A stretch of DNA of 64,000 nucleotides, taken from positions 212,288,001 through 212,352,000 of the forward strand of contig JBNRSN020000003.1 of the NCBI GenBank assembly GCA_051313645.2, read 5' to 3'. The notes below the pieces were generated by a model that did no database searches, was not told the DNA's origin, and saw only the letters and a program-made list of their open reading frames with translations. Source of the DNA: Centroscyllium fabricii. Its lineage: Eukaryota. Made by a program: the position numbers and the translations under genes. Positions 1 through 13,499 of the stretch are shown in pieces (position 1 is the first letter of the stretch; each line of letters opens with the position of its first letter).

Positions 1-3000
1 CAAATAAATTCACATCTATATGGTGACACGTTTTGTTTAAAAGAAAGACAAAATACTGCAGCTTCTTTCAATGAGACTTTTAAATTTGAGACAGCATAAC
101 CAATTTTTATATGATTTTTTTTTCTGCTGTGTTTTGTGCAGGACTGATCTAATACCGCAGCAAGATTCCATAAAAAATAATCATTAATGAACATTTATTT
201 GTTTAACAGGAATTTATAAAAGATCAACAGATATAAATAAAATGGTTAAATCAGTTTGCTTATCTATCTATTGGCACACAATAGATAGAAAAGCAAATAA
301 GAAAATCTTATCAGGATTTAATTGTGTTCCAAACCTGCGCTACATTAGAAAGTAAAAACCCTGTACAGAACATTGACTGTTACAAATTGGAGAAGGTAAA
401 GAAAGCAAGAGAAAGCACATCTCTTATGCAAGTCCACAATACTTTCCCCATTGCTGAAAATGTCTCCCTTTTTCCTCCAGCGGTGTTTGAAAATCTTGAA
501 TACGAAAGGAGAGAAATAATTTCTCCTTGGTGTATTCCACTTTACGGAGATGAGCATTTGAAGCAGGAGCACCAGATTGACATGCAAATATATTTTCTCC
601 TTGTATTTAGCAATGGTGCCCTGAGATAATTTAATATAGAGATATTTCCATTTTAGTAAAGTGTGTGCAGTGGGGTTGGTGGTTATTCACTTATCTCTGA
701 CGCTGGATTAGGGTGGAGAGGGCTAAATTTAGGGTTTGATTTGGAAAACGTCCTACTGGCATCATGTGGGATTTTAAACTCCATTTCGGTTTCTTTTAAT
801 ATAGATAGATAAGAAAAATATTAAAGCTTTGTCCTGCATTTTCTCCACCAAAAGCGCCAACAGGTCAGGGGGATATTTTGTCACTGCTCATGAATAAGAC
901 CACATTGCTTGTCGTAGAAGTATTGCATCCGGATATAAATACAAGCATATTTTTGTTATAAGCTCACAAATACATTCTTCTTATTAGATACTTGTTTTAT
1001 TTAACTCTGAGTTGCTGTCCAATAGAATGTTGCTTTAGTTAGTCACTGTAGAAAATGCCTGTACAACGTGAGTCTTCTTATCGGAGTGCATCCTAAAAAG
1101 ATTTAACAGTAACACTTCTTTTGTTATGAATGTTGCTATTGATGTGGTTTCATAGTGAGTAAGTCGCTGCTTTTGTGCAGGTTTCAAAATGAGCATCTTT
1201 TCTTATGTAAATCACCTGCTACTTTTTTTAATTGGCGTTTCTAGAACAGGAAGGAATCACAACTATAGACCAGAGCATCTGCAGTATTCCGTACTCTTAA
1301 CTGCCACGCACCAATAATCCTCGGCAAAATAAAAATGCAGTCTCGAGTGCTGGAGAGTGTCCAAAGCGGCCAGGTGATATCTGAACCGTTAGTAAAAGAA
1401 CATCTTTATCTCCGCAAGAAATGCTGTGATGTGTACGTGTTCTAAACCTTGAACATTAGATGCATTCTCTTCTACCTTTCCAATATCATCTCCATTATGA
1501 CCCTACACTGCAGCACTGTTTGATAGGACAACTCCACAAGGCAAGCAGCCAAGGAAAGAAGTGCCTGTTGGTTGCTGAATTGGAGGTTAGTTTCCATCAC
1601 CATCTTGTTCACTGGAATTGAATGGAACCAGCGCAATGAAAATTACCTGCCCGACTTCAATAGATTCATGAGGAAAATGAAGAAAAATCTAAACATGTAT
1701 GTGTTCAGATATAATTACATTCACTAGTGAGGGCTAAAGATTCTTCAAGGCTTCTCCTTTGGACAACACAGTTGCTAATAATTTTCTTAGTGAGCTTCCA
1801 ATAAACACATTTTTCTTTAGCAGAGGAAAATCCTTTTTCTTGAGCTAGGAATGAAATTAATTTATCATATGCAGTAGGCCTCCTATTAATTTAGAAAAGA
1901 TGTAATTTGTAAAATCATCATGGATTTAAACAAATGATGATGACGAGTAAAACATGCAAAATATTTCATTTCAGCCAATCTTATGCTATTCAATGAAGCA
2001 GTGCAGAAATATTAGTCCAGTTCTTTGAGGATTAGTGTATGAAGGGTCCTAATAGACCATAAAACAGTTTCCTTCTGTTTTAAAATTACAATCAGCTGAA
2101 AATTCACTACAGCCTAGCAACCACCACAGACAAGCCGATAATTAAGTTTTAGGGATGAGGATCTCAGTTGCTGCCATTAATGTGTCACTTTCTGTGCATT
2201 CATTTCCCTTTTGCATTTCAAAAACGGGACCGCGTATGTTTGGGGAGTCGGTCGGGGGTTAATGAAAGCACTGATTAATGAATCATTATCTGCGTGCAGA
2301 GAAAGACTTGAAATATGTTTTATAATCAAGTTTCTCTGCGATGGGAAATCAAAACCATTCATCTATCAGGGCAGATTAAGCCATTTTAAAATTTGTTTCA
2401 GACAGCGCGATCGATGCTCGAGTTGCCATTTCAACTCACTGAAGCGTTAACATTTCTCGTGCTATAAATTCTTGCTGTGTGCACGCAAGTGGCGGAATGG
2501 GAAACATACTCAGCCCTGACAGCCTTCAACTCTCAAATTTCAAGTAAATCAAGTTTCATTCGACAATATTCCTAAGTACAGCTAAAAAAGCACATTATTA
2601 TATATTTTGTGAAGGAGGGGAGCAATTTACAATTATCTCTTAATTAGTGTTAGACTGCACCATGTGGGATAAATCATTGAAGACTGCATGGCACCTAAGT
2701 CAAAATGACAAGTTTGCAGTTACTTTTACATGTATTTTAGTTGATTTATAGTATTTCTTGTAAATAAGAAAATACACTCATTACATTTACTTTATAATTT
2801 TAGTTTATAATTTTTACTTTATAATTTTGATTTAAACATTGTACAAATTTCATATTTCAGAACAAACATGAACATATTTTAAAGATCATACAAAAGGAAT
2901 TAATATAAATGGAAGTTATAAGAATAAGTGCTAATCCCAAAAGAGAAAAATGTAGGATTATTGTAAAAAGGTAAGATTATGATGCACTGAAATCTGTTCC

Positions 3001-3468
3001 CTTTTATCATCCTTCTACTGAAATCCATCCACAGCTAATTCATTACATTCAGACTCATTTATAGAGCCTTAATATATCTGCCAAAAAATGTGATTCCAAA
3101 TCAAAATTCCCCCTGCAAGTATACTATCTCCTTAAAATATAGCAATCTACAGAGCAATAGTATGGTAGAAAAACCTGAAGTTCAATTTGCTGGATGTGAT
3201 TGTTTAACAAATATCTGAAACATTCAAACAACTGTAAAATTCAGAATACGGCTCTGATTTATTGACTATAATTAATGACACAATAAGATTTGTAAAGTGC
3301 TGTTGCTGACCTTATTTTGAGGCTAATGGGAGGGTAGCACAGTTATCTCAAACAGATTAATTGAATGGCTGAGATAAATTGGTTGACTTTGAGCTCAGAT
3401 GAATAAGACTTACTGTTCAATGAAAGGTATAGCCAACATCATTAAGTACCATATATTATATATAAAAT

Positions 3469-3560
3469 AACAACAGAAAACACTGGAAAAACTCAGCAAG
3501 CCAGGCAACATCCATGGAGAGAGAAACAGCGTTAACATTTCAGGTCGAAACCCTATCATT
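3469..3560 (-). mobile_element. Diverged short fragment of Penelope-like family B
   Basis: aacagaaaacactggaaaaactcagcaagccaggcaacatccatggagagagaaacagcgttaacatttcaggtcga aligns by eye to 9531-9610. Confidence 0.65.
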
Positions 3561-6500
3561 AACATTTATATGCTGAATTAGCAATATAGCGTATTTCCCA
3601 CTAATACATTATACTCCATGTACCAGCATCTTAATTCATCAATAAAAAGGGAAAAAAAAACACATTAGAATAAATTAAAGAGCATCATTCGTGAATGTGA
3701 TCTGTGATTGCAGAGTCCACAAATACAGCCATGATCCATTATGACAGTTTAACCTATAGCACCCTGTGTAGTTTAGTTAATTCAAATGAATATCTGAAGA
3801 AATATGTACATGCTTTCTCTTTTGTTGGAAGTTGTATTTATAGATGTTTCAGGTGCCAACTTTGTTAGACAGATTGGAGTGACCAGTCGACACGGTTTCA
3901 ATACCCAAGCTTTGCTGTCCCATAATCACTGCTTTGTAATTTACCTCATATTCTGATCATCTCATTGATGATCTTCTCCACTTGGTTCTTAGCCATTCAC
4001 CTAGGTGTTCTAATTTGAAAATAATTGCTACTTAAAAGACTGGATAAAATAGACACCGACTGAGTAAAGCAAATAGAAAATTAAAAACTAATTTTACAGG
4101 ATTTATTAATGTTTTAATAAACATTATTGACTCCTATGACCATCTTTATTTTGTGCTTAATCTCTTTTTGTTATATCAAAATGGTGATGATGTTGGGGAT
4201 GGGGCAGAGAGTTTGGGAGGCCGGTTTGTTAGATAGCCCAAGTCAAACAAGCTGAAAGCACCAAGTTACCTGTTCCTTTAGCAATCTTTGTTCTCCTTAT
4301 TTCCATTTTAAGACAAGGTTATATAGCTCAATTGTTAAAAGAACAATTGCTGTTTAGAGGTAACTACAGGTACCTTCATTTTATTGGATGAAAATGATAA
4401 GAGGTTTGATGAGCAGCAGATTGAGAAATCTGTTGAAATAATTAATGTTGGTTATGCAGAAGTTAAGCCGTAACTACTCAATAGCTGCAGTCACATTGGA
4501 GAAGTGGGACTTTACTAAACAAAGTAATTTAAAAAAACTTCTGTTAGCAAAGGAAAATTACAAAGCAGAGGACAGAAACATTTATTTTTACAGAGTCCAA
4601 TCTTTTAAAACTGGGCTGTTTCACACCAATTTAATTTTGGAACAAGATGTGAATTCTAAAAATAAACCGTTAAAAAGAGCCTTTTTTAAAAATGACATCA
4701 TGTAAGCTCAACAGTGAAGAAAGAAAAAGAGTTTTTTTGTTATGGCAATCGTCAAACGCTGACAGGTGCCATTGTAATTTGCCACAGAGACGACTGATTT
4801 GGAACAGGGATTGATATTGGCAGGGAATTGAAAACACCGTGAGACAATAAACTGGGATGATCTTAATAAGAGCTTTTGATTGTAAATTGATTTGAAACAG
4901 GCTGCACTGCAGAAGGTGAGTTATTCAGCCTCAATTCCTGACTGGAAAAAGCGTCATCTCTCTAAACAGGCTGTAACCGCATCTATCGGGCTGTGTTAAA
5001 TCTGGAAATTCAACCTGTCTGTGGTTTCAACCATGGCAAAACTTCACAAAGAGCTGTATTTTGGGATGTTTAAAAATTATACAAAACACTGTTAGAGAAG
5101 CAGCCACCCGGTTCCCCAAAATAGACATCTTTTTTATTCTGCAATTAAATGCAGTGCCGAAGTAAATCACATAAAAAAAAAAAATCTGCCGTGTCATTTA
5201 AATTTTGGCTTTTGCCCAATAGTGCATCTCAAACTGAGGGACTGCGTCCAATCGACTCTCAAAACTCAGTCTGTATTTTTGTACAGAGTATCCTATCTGT
5301 CATTTCTTCTCTTTCATGCTTCTATGATTATGCAAAAAATATTTCAGAAGGAAGAAATGTTTAGGAGTAGCCAAGTAGATAAGTTTTCCCGGTTGTGACT
5401 GCGCATACAGTAGCGCCATCAAATGCAATCGCAGGGAGCTGTGCTGAATTCTGATTTGTATGTGACTGTCATAGCGGGCAAATGTGATGCTAATATTTTC
5501 AGACCATCAATATTTTAAAAACCTTCACCAGAGACAAAATTCTTGCTCTGTAACCTCAAGATATTCATTTTCCAATACCAAGCAAAATGCACTAAAACAT
5601 CATTGTGATACTATCTTTAGAAGCCATAGACTTCTAAAGCAGCTGTTTAATATAGACTATCTGTTGGAGCGGGAGCTATAAATAATGTCTGTTACACCAA
5701 AGAGCGGATCAGTAATAGAGGCTGATCTGAAGCAGATATTCTATACACTTTCTATATTGGAGACAGAAAAAGGATAGATTTTTTAAGTGTTGCAATGTGA
5801 TTGGAAGTAAAATATTCTATTAATAGTATGAGACATTCTGTGAGCAATCAAGGAGGCTGTTGATGATATGGAAGAAAAATTGATTAAACATCACTTGAGA
5901 GGAAAAGAACCTGGAATTGTTACTGAGTGCATTCTATTTACCTGACTTGGCCCAAGGCAAAGTAACATATTCTATACCACATTTAAAAAAGATTTAAGGA
6001 ACATTGCAGACAAGTACAAATGATGCAGTTCTTGAACACAGCTTCCTTTATTTTTATATATATATTCCTCTCTTCACCTCAAAAAAATGTAAAGTGTCAC
6101 CTTTCGTAGCCTTGTAGTGGTAGAAATACTCCTTCAGCAGCCTGAGGGTTAACGGATATAGACTCTGATTCATTTCAGCGCACACTAGCAATGCAGCTCC
6201 TATGTCGGAGCTCCATGCTGTGTGGAAGCTGGGTTTTCATTCCGAATTATCTGCCCCTGTCTGATTCGGCTGTGTTAGTCATGCCATTGATGTTAATAAC
6301 ATGGACAGATCAAAGGGCACTCTGCTGCCAAAGAGCGCAAGACATTTGATGATTTGAGTAAGGAACTCGCCAAGAGACTGGAACATCTATTAGTACAGGT
6401 GCTTTAAAGTCGTTCCCAAGCCTAGGTTCTATAAGAGAATTTTTTTAATATTCTGGCAGTGGCTAGGCACCTTTAATAAAGTTGCACTAACTCACGCACA

Positions 6501-6578
6501 ATTGCACACTCGAGTGATACACATTATTACCAAACTTCTGTTGCATTTGGTTTTAAACCTATTAAAATCTGTTAACTT

Positions 6579-7006
6579 GGATCAACTGAACTTGTATCCT
6601 CTGGAGTTCAGAAGAATGAGGGGGGATCTTATAGAGATGTTTAAAATCCTGACTGGTTTAGACAAGTTAGATGCGGGCAGAATGTTTCCAATGTTAGGGA
6701 AGACTAGAACCAGGGGTCACAGTCTAAGGATAAAGGGGAGGCCATTTAAGACTGAGATGAGGAGGAACTTCTTCACCCAGAGAGTGGTGAATCTGTGGAA
6801 TTCTCTGCCACAGAAGGTTGTTGAGGCCAGTTCGCTAAATATATTCAAAAGGGAGTTGGATATAATACTCACAACTAGGGGGATCAAGGGGTATGGCGAG
6901 AAAGCAGGAATCGGGTACTGAGGTAGCATGTTCAGCCATGAACGCATTAAATGGCGGTGCAGGCTCGAAGGACCGAATGGTCTACTCCTGCACCTATTTT
7001 CTATGT
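6579..7006 (+). mobile_element. 5'-truncated CR1 (HER1-like) LINE 3' end
   Basis: ORF 6502-6921 contains LEFRRMRGDLIEMFKIL...TRGHSLRI...RRNFFTQRVVNLWNSLP (CR1 ORF2 C-terminus), then the CR1 3' UTR ending ttctatgttt. Possible TSD ttaactt at 6572-6578 and 7007-7013. Confidence 0.92.
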
Positions 7007-7798
7007 TTAACTTCAGCCATTCAGGTGACTTCAGTCATTGTAGGGCTAGTTCTATATCCAGCGACTTGAAACTATTGTCACAAGGACTAAGGTTGAGTGT
7101 GGTTGTAAAGTGAATTGTGTTTGAAAAGGCTCAACCTCGCATGGAAAAACTCCTCTCAGAAAAGTACCCCGCCCTGATTCTAAATCTTGTATACAACAGT
7201 AGCTTCATTCAAAAAGAAACTAGACTTGGTTCCTGAGATTCTTACTTTACACTATATGTTGTTTTGGGACATTGACTGTAGCATACGTCTCATTACAATA
7301 TAAAAACACTTGGTGGTTTACGTTCCTCTGTGTGCTATTTTTAATGTTTGCATTAAACTTCTGTATGCACTGTTTAATATCGTTATTAACTTGTTTTGTT
7401 TTAACTGGGTTAACAACTATATTAAAAAAGCGCAGAATAAAATTTAACATGCATTATTCAGCGTGTTAAAACAGCAGGTAGAAAATTATACCCTATATGC
7501 GTTGAAAATTGTGTTATGCAGTATTAACGCATTCATATGAAATTCCTTTCTCTGCTAATTTAATGAAGTGTTAACTCGTTTATTTTAAATGCATTAGTTA
7601 AAATAGTGGGCAGAGATTCCATACAAATGCATTTGTTACTAATATATCGGTGTGATTTCAGCCCATTGGCTCCTAAGAAAGATGCTATATCAAGGGTGGA
7701 GTGTACCTTTTAATGTTGATTTTTATACTACAATTTGGCAGCTGTAGCATATCCTCTTCGGCACTGACCCTGTACCAAATGTGTAATATAAAATGTAT

Positions 7799-7902
7799 TT
7801 TATAAAAAGCTTGTGATTTCAAATAAAACTGTTGGACTATAACCTGGTGTTGTGTGACTTCTTGCATTTGTCCACCCCAGTCCAACACCGGCACCTCCAC
7901 AT
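7799..7902 (+). mobile_element. Penelope-like family A, short 3'-terminal copy
   Basis: aaagcttgtgatttcaaataaaactgttggactataacctggtgttgtgtgacttcttgcatttgtccaccccagtccaacaccggcacctccacat, flanked by the 12-bp direct repeat tataaaatgtat (7787-7798, 7903-7914). Confidence 0.85.
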
Positions 7903-9530
7903 TATAAAATGTATGCATGTGCAATGGTGCTGAAACTTCTGCTGATAGTGAGACCACTTGCAAGAGTTGATCTCACACCACGCGCATCAGCAGCAGAATA
8001 AATGCAGCCAGTGTGAAGCTCGTCACTAAAGCGAGTTTTGAAAGTTGTTAAAAAATCTGGTAGACCGCTGTACCACCATTCCTACTTAAGTGTTTGAAAA
8101 GCACTGGCTATACCACGAGCTCTTTTCAATCATTAACAAAACCTGACCAGCAGGCAGAGGCTGGTGAGCAGTGACCCGTGTCTTTGTTTCAGTAGCCAGG
8201 CACACAGCAGCACCTTCCACACAGTGATATGAGTGGGCCATTAAGGTTGATGTCTGATGGAATTGCTTTTCAAATGCACCTAATGTAAAAAGGGGGATAT
8301 TAAACAAAAGGGTGAAAGAAGCATGATTTGAGGTTTACATACAAAAATAAATGAAATTGTAGAATGTAACCCCTAAAAATCAGTATAAATCACATGTAAT
8401 AAAAATAGAATTGGACTTATTGGAATCAAATATCAATTGGGGGGGCAAGTGGGGGGCGGGGTTGACGCATCTCATGAGTGCCATGATGCATCCATCTGCG
8501 ACCTCTGTCACTGACCCAAAGTTCACATGGTCAGGGGAAGGACCCTTACTTATTAGGGGTGTCCAGCTAGGCTGCAGGCCAGCACCAACATGCCAGAAAA
8601 TCTGGTGACTGGTTCGGAGAGGGAGCTGGAGACCTCTGGAAAGAATAATTAAATGCCCCACAGCTCCTTTTGTAATGCAGCTGAAATTTTCTTCCCCTAC
8701 CGTTGAATTCTTTTGGGGGGTCGTCAAGTCCATATTTCAGGCCTGGATTCTTAAGAACACTGGGATTGATATCCTGACGAGAATATTCAACAAGGGAACC
8801 AGAGCAATTCTTCATCCTCCATTTTATTTCCTCATGAAGGAGCCGTCTGGGCTTTACCACGCAATCTATGCCGAGGCCTGAACACTGCCTAAATTTGGTT
8901 TGCCAAACTGTCTTTCAGCAACCAGTTTAGATTTTATTAACATTTACATGATCAACTTCCCATCAGAATCCACACAAGCTACCGAGTGAACAAATTAACC
9001 CTTTCTTGCCAGTTATCACAGAAGAAGTCAGACAACAAAGTCAGGAAATAATTTTTATTTTTGATTAACCATAGAATCATAATTAGCAGCATTTAAATTT
9101 AAACATTGAGTAGGTAAAAAATGAAAGCTTTATAATAAAGACAAATTTTAATTCAAGGTTTTTGCTTTCTGCTGAGCTGCTACTGGATGATGATACATCA
9201 TACCTAGATTATCAAGAGGAATACAACTAATACCCTCCAATAATGGCAGTAATTCTCGCTGTGGCAGATTTCACCTACGTTGCTGGTCATATTTCATACT
9301 GACAGGACATCTGAATATATGACTGCCTTTGGTAAGAGAAGAACATGCAGACGCATTGCAACTGAATCCCCCATAGGTTCTGGATATTCAGAGGCTGGGT
9401 TATGAAGAGCATGAAACCTCTGGGTAGTGCCTTCCAACACTCTGGTTCTACTCCAGAGCAGAGGCTTAGTGCACCTTGGAGTGGATCCTGGGGTCAATAA
9501 AATTGGCTACAAAACGAGTGCACTCGTGAT

Positions 9531-9915
9531 AACAGAAAACGCTGGAGAAACTCAGCAGGCCAGGCAGCATCGGTGGAGAGAGAAACAGAGTTAACGTTTC
9601 AGGTCGATGACCTTTCTTCAGAACTGGAGAAGCCAGGAGGGGGGGATAGATTTTAAAGCTTGTGGGGCTGGGGAAAGGGGGAGGGGGGCTGAAAGAACAA
9701 AGGAAAGATCAGCAACAGGCTAGAAGGCGGGGGGAGATTAGAGATATTCGGAGAAATTGAAGGAACACAGGATGGCTCTGAATAGGTGTGAACGGCTCTA
9801 GCAGAGTAAAGAAGGGAAAAAAAGGGAAAAAGCCCAGCCTGGCCTGCTGAGTTTCTCCAGCGTTTCTGTTGTTATTTCGGATTTCCAGCATCCGTAGTAT
9901 TTTGCTATCGTATTT
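9531..9915 (-). mobile_element. Penelope-like family B copy with inverted terminal segment
   Basis: aacagaaaacgctggagaaactcagcaggccagg at the left is mirrored by cctggcctgctgagtttctccagcgtttctgtt near 9838-9870. 13-bp TSD gtgcactcgtgat (9518-9530, 9916-9928). Carries a hammerhead-like motif. Confidence 0.8.
9589..9625 (-). ncRNA. Minimal type I hammerhead ribozyme motif (Penelope family B)
   Basis: Minus strand reads AGUU-CUGAAGA-A-AGGUC(AUC)GACCU-GAAA-CG-UU-AACU: CUGANGA and GAAA cores, 4-bp stem I, 5-bp stem II, palindromic AACGUU in place of stem III. Confidence 0.75.
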
Positions 9916-12339
9916 GTGCACTCGTGATGCCTGTCCGTCAGCTTTCAGTGCTATACCCCTTTGAGATGGCTCTCATCCTCGCCTGACCTAGGCAGTTATT
10001 GTAGAACAATAGAAAGGCTTCTTGCAACCACCCTCCTCCTTGGTTTATGGGCACTCATTTTTATGGAGCCGTTAGCATGAATTAGAATGAGTCCCACTTG
10101 AACCTGAAAGACAACAAATTATTTTGAAACAAAAATCACTGTTTTTTGTCAGAAACCCAGGAGGAGAATAAATCCTTTTTTATACAATTTATTGCAGCAA
10201 TATGCTTTTATGATGTCATAACAATAACAATTTATAATGTGATACTACCAGGGGAGAAGAGAACATATGCAAAATAGCACAGTTATTACCTGTTATTTAA
10301 TTGAGAGAGTGCAGAAATTTCCACTGAGGTCTGGTCAAACCCTTCTCTCAAGAACAAGTGTGAACAAAATGGCACATAAAGGGAGCTGTCTTCCGTGAAT
10401 GATATGCAGAAATTCTTGAACTGTGCCGTTTAATGTGAATCGCGGAATTTGTTTGCTCAGTATGGTGCCATTTCTGCCAGCTTGTAATGTTGGAGAGAAA
10501 GGCAGGAACCCTGAGGTCAGTAGAGAATGTTCTGTAATTTGAATATTCACAAACAATAGAGATGTAAAGAATGCGTTATTTCACTTATTAGTAGATTCAA
10601 CTAAATTGCACTGAGGTAAGAATTCCTCCGGTGACTATGTGTAAAGACAGCTGTTTATGAAGAACCCCTCTGCTTGATATTTCAAGTGAAATTATAAACA
10701 AAAAAAATGCATTTATGATGTTGATACAAGTAATCACTAGGGAAGGTACATATTCATTTATAACACACAAAAAATCCCATTACTTTCCTGGAAAGAGTTA
10801 ATGCTTCCAGCCTGGGAATGTCATGGACAGAGCGCTCTGGTGAAGTGTCTTAGCTAATGATTTATCAGGGACAAAAACCGTGGATTTGTAAAATCATTTG
10901 TTATCCACAGAATAGACTTCACTAATCAGCTCTAATGATTCATTATGTATCACAGTAGAAAGTGCTGAGCCTTAATGGATAGCACTTGACAATCCAGTTT
11001 GGATTCCTGTCTCTCTCTCTCTCTCTCAGCTTTGCAATTTAATGAAAACCTTGTTTTGTAATAACCTCCACATTCCTGCTTCAGCTTGCCCAGTTTACGA
11101 AGAGCTTCCCACTGCAGATTAGGCCGCATGTCAGATTGCAGTTTCTTTTCCTCGATCCAATTCTGTGGCTTTGACTGGGAGGGGAGGTAGCTGGGGAGGA
11201 GGGAGGGGGGAAAGCTGACACCCAACTAACAGCAACCTGAATTGGGCCTATTCTTCAATAACTGTTTGGTTTGGATCAAATTAAACTCGGGAGGAAATAG
11301 TGAACAACTCCACTGGGAGTGGGGACCATGTGGGATAAATTAGTAACCGCAGCGCCGGTCCTGTTTGAAATGTCTGGCTGGTATTGTCAGAGAGCAGCTA
11401 CAAAGCACTTTTATCACATCCTGCATAAGTGGGGAGGAGAATAAATTCAAAATATCCAACTGTCACATCTTCAAGGGCTACTCAGAATCTTAAATACATC
11501 ATAGAAAGCAGGGTCTGACTCTAGTGGCCGGGCAGGCCTCAAAAGCTCGATGTCCTGGCCATCACTATTCTTCTCCCAACTGAAGTACACTTTCAAATAA
11601 TCAGGTTTTCAGAAAATAAGAGACACGAGGGGGGGGGGGGGGGGGAGGCACAAGGTGGGGGGAGGCGGGGAAACCTTCCTTGGTAGTTTTACAGAAGTTG
11701 GTCTTCCAGGCTGATCAATTGGGCCAAATTTCAGCCAACAGTTCCCATTTGCTGTCTGGTCCAGTTATGGAGAATCACCTCACAATTGTGATTTCTGTTG
11801 TCATAATTCCTATTAATTTTGGAGGAAGATAAATGAAGTATTAAAAATATCATTGGCTATAAAAATTGAAGTCCTGTGCATTTGTAGGAAAGGCACTGAC
11901 CGGACTTGCAGATCCAGTTCTGGGAGTCTGTTTAGTCTTACATTTTCATGTTTTTGTCATGGATGATTAAGGGAGAACTAAATATCAGTTTAAAGAGGGG
12001 TAGGTGAACTTCCTGTCCTGTGTATTACCCTCCCTAATGTCACATATTTGCCTCCCTTAAGAAAAAGAAGGATCCTGCTCTAGTTGTACTGCTACCATAT
12101 CTAACGGAAGAGCTGCTCCAGATCACCTCAAGGTACTGTTTGAGAAGAGGCTGGTTCAGGGAAAGCCGCAGCTTGTGGTTCGATTGCTTGTAATCTTTGT
12201 CTGAGATGGCAGGGTCAGTTTTCTCATGGAGAGGTCCAGAGAACTCTGCATATAGTGTCTGTGATCATATTTATTGTTATCTACTTGTTTATCTTTTCTC
12301 CCCCTCCAATTCTCCTAGTGTTTTTGTGTGATTCCATAA

Positions 12340-12617
12340 GTGACGGTTCGTCTCTACTCCTTTACTCAAATTGTCATTGTTCATGTATGAACTTAGGTCG
12401 TCAGTGTTGGCGGCCTATTTGACCATAGCCAAACCGATGCATGTTTTCGCTCCTTGTCCAAACATGCAGGAGCCCAGATAATTTCCCCCTCCCCAACTCT
12501 GGGGTGCTGAGGCTAATTGGTGGACCCCTACTGCCACCCTGGCTGCGAACAGCTAGCTCAGCACACACCTGGGATCATCACTTAGTTACATTGCTGCATT
12601 TATCATTTGAGCCACTT
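12340..12617 (-). mobile_element. Old tRNA-headed SINE, unnamed family; related copies at ~46260-46555, ~57140-57340 and split around the Gypsy insertion
   Basis: Minus strand gtggctca...gatcccaggtgtgtgctgagctagctg...cagccagggtggcagtagggg resembles the other degraded copies in the window. Confidence 0.45.
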
Positions 12618-12882
12618 TGAATTATATATTTAACAATAAATGTACTTTTCTGATGTTGCCAGAGGCTGAAATGGTCACAGTTGTGGAAATGACGAGTTAA
12701 GGCCAGAGGTTTGCATCTTGATTGAGTCAAGAGGCAGGGCAGCTCTAGGATATCCTAAAAGTTTCTTCATTTCAAATGAACCATGCTGCTCAGTAGATTT
12801 ACAGCACCAGGATGCACTACTTTCTGAATATAGTGTTAAACATTCTATTGAGCCAGCCACTATATCTACTTTTGGGCCTCCT

Positions 12883-13366
12883 TCTTAGGCAGTCCCTCGG
12901 AATCGAGGATGACTTGCTTCCACGTTAAAAATGAGTTTGCAGGTGACTGATGAGTCCAATGTGGGACCTGCAGTCCCTGTCACAGACAGTGGTTGAAGGG
13001 GCGGGTGGGGTGCTTGGGTTGACGTGCGCTCCTTGTGCTTGGCTTCTGCTTGCTCCCGGCGAAGAGACTCCAGGTGTTCAGCGCCTTCCCGGATGCTTCT
13101 CCTCCACTTGTGCGGTCTTGGGCCAGGGATTCCCAGGTGTCGGTGGGGATGTTGCACTTTTTCAAGGAGGCTTTGAGGGTGTCCTTGAAGCGTTTCCTCT
13201 GCCCACCTGGGGCTCTCTTGCCGTGTCAGAGCTCCGAGTAGAGTGCTTGTTTTGGGAGTCTCGTATCGGGCACGTGGACAATGTGACCTGTCCATTGGAG
13301 CTGATTGAGCATGGTCAATGCTTCGATGCTGGGGATGTTGGCCTGAGCAAGAACACTGACGTTGGC
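12883..13366 (-). mobile_element. RTE-clade LINE 3' fragment
   Basis: Minus-strand translation NIPSIEALTMLNQLQWTGHIVHVPDTRLPKQALYSEL...GGQRKRFKDTLKASLKKCNIPTDTWESLAQDR matches the typical RTE ORF C-terminus. A 3' UTR follows. Confidence 0.88.
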
Positions 13367-13499
13367 CCTGCTGAGAAGCACTCATTTTACTGGCTCGGTT
13401 TCTTTGTAGGAGTTAATTGTATCATCTTCCCTCCTTATTAAGTGTGTTTACTATTCCACAAGTCTGATTAAGTGCTGGAAAACATTTTGTTCTTTGTCA

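Noticed and set aside
324-629. 101-aa ORF and the other unassigned short ORFs in the track
   Set aside because: Mostly non-ATG starts, no recognisable domains, and lengths expected by chance.
2659-11340. Exact 16-mer accatgtgggataaat at ~2659 and ~11325
   Set aside because: About one such match is expected by chance in 64 kb of AT-rich DNA, and the flanks do not align.
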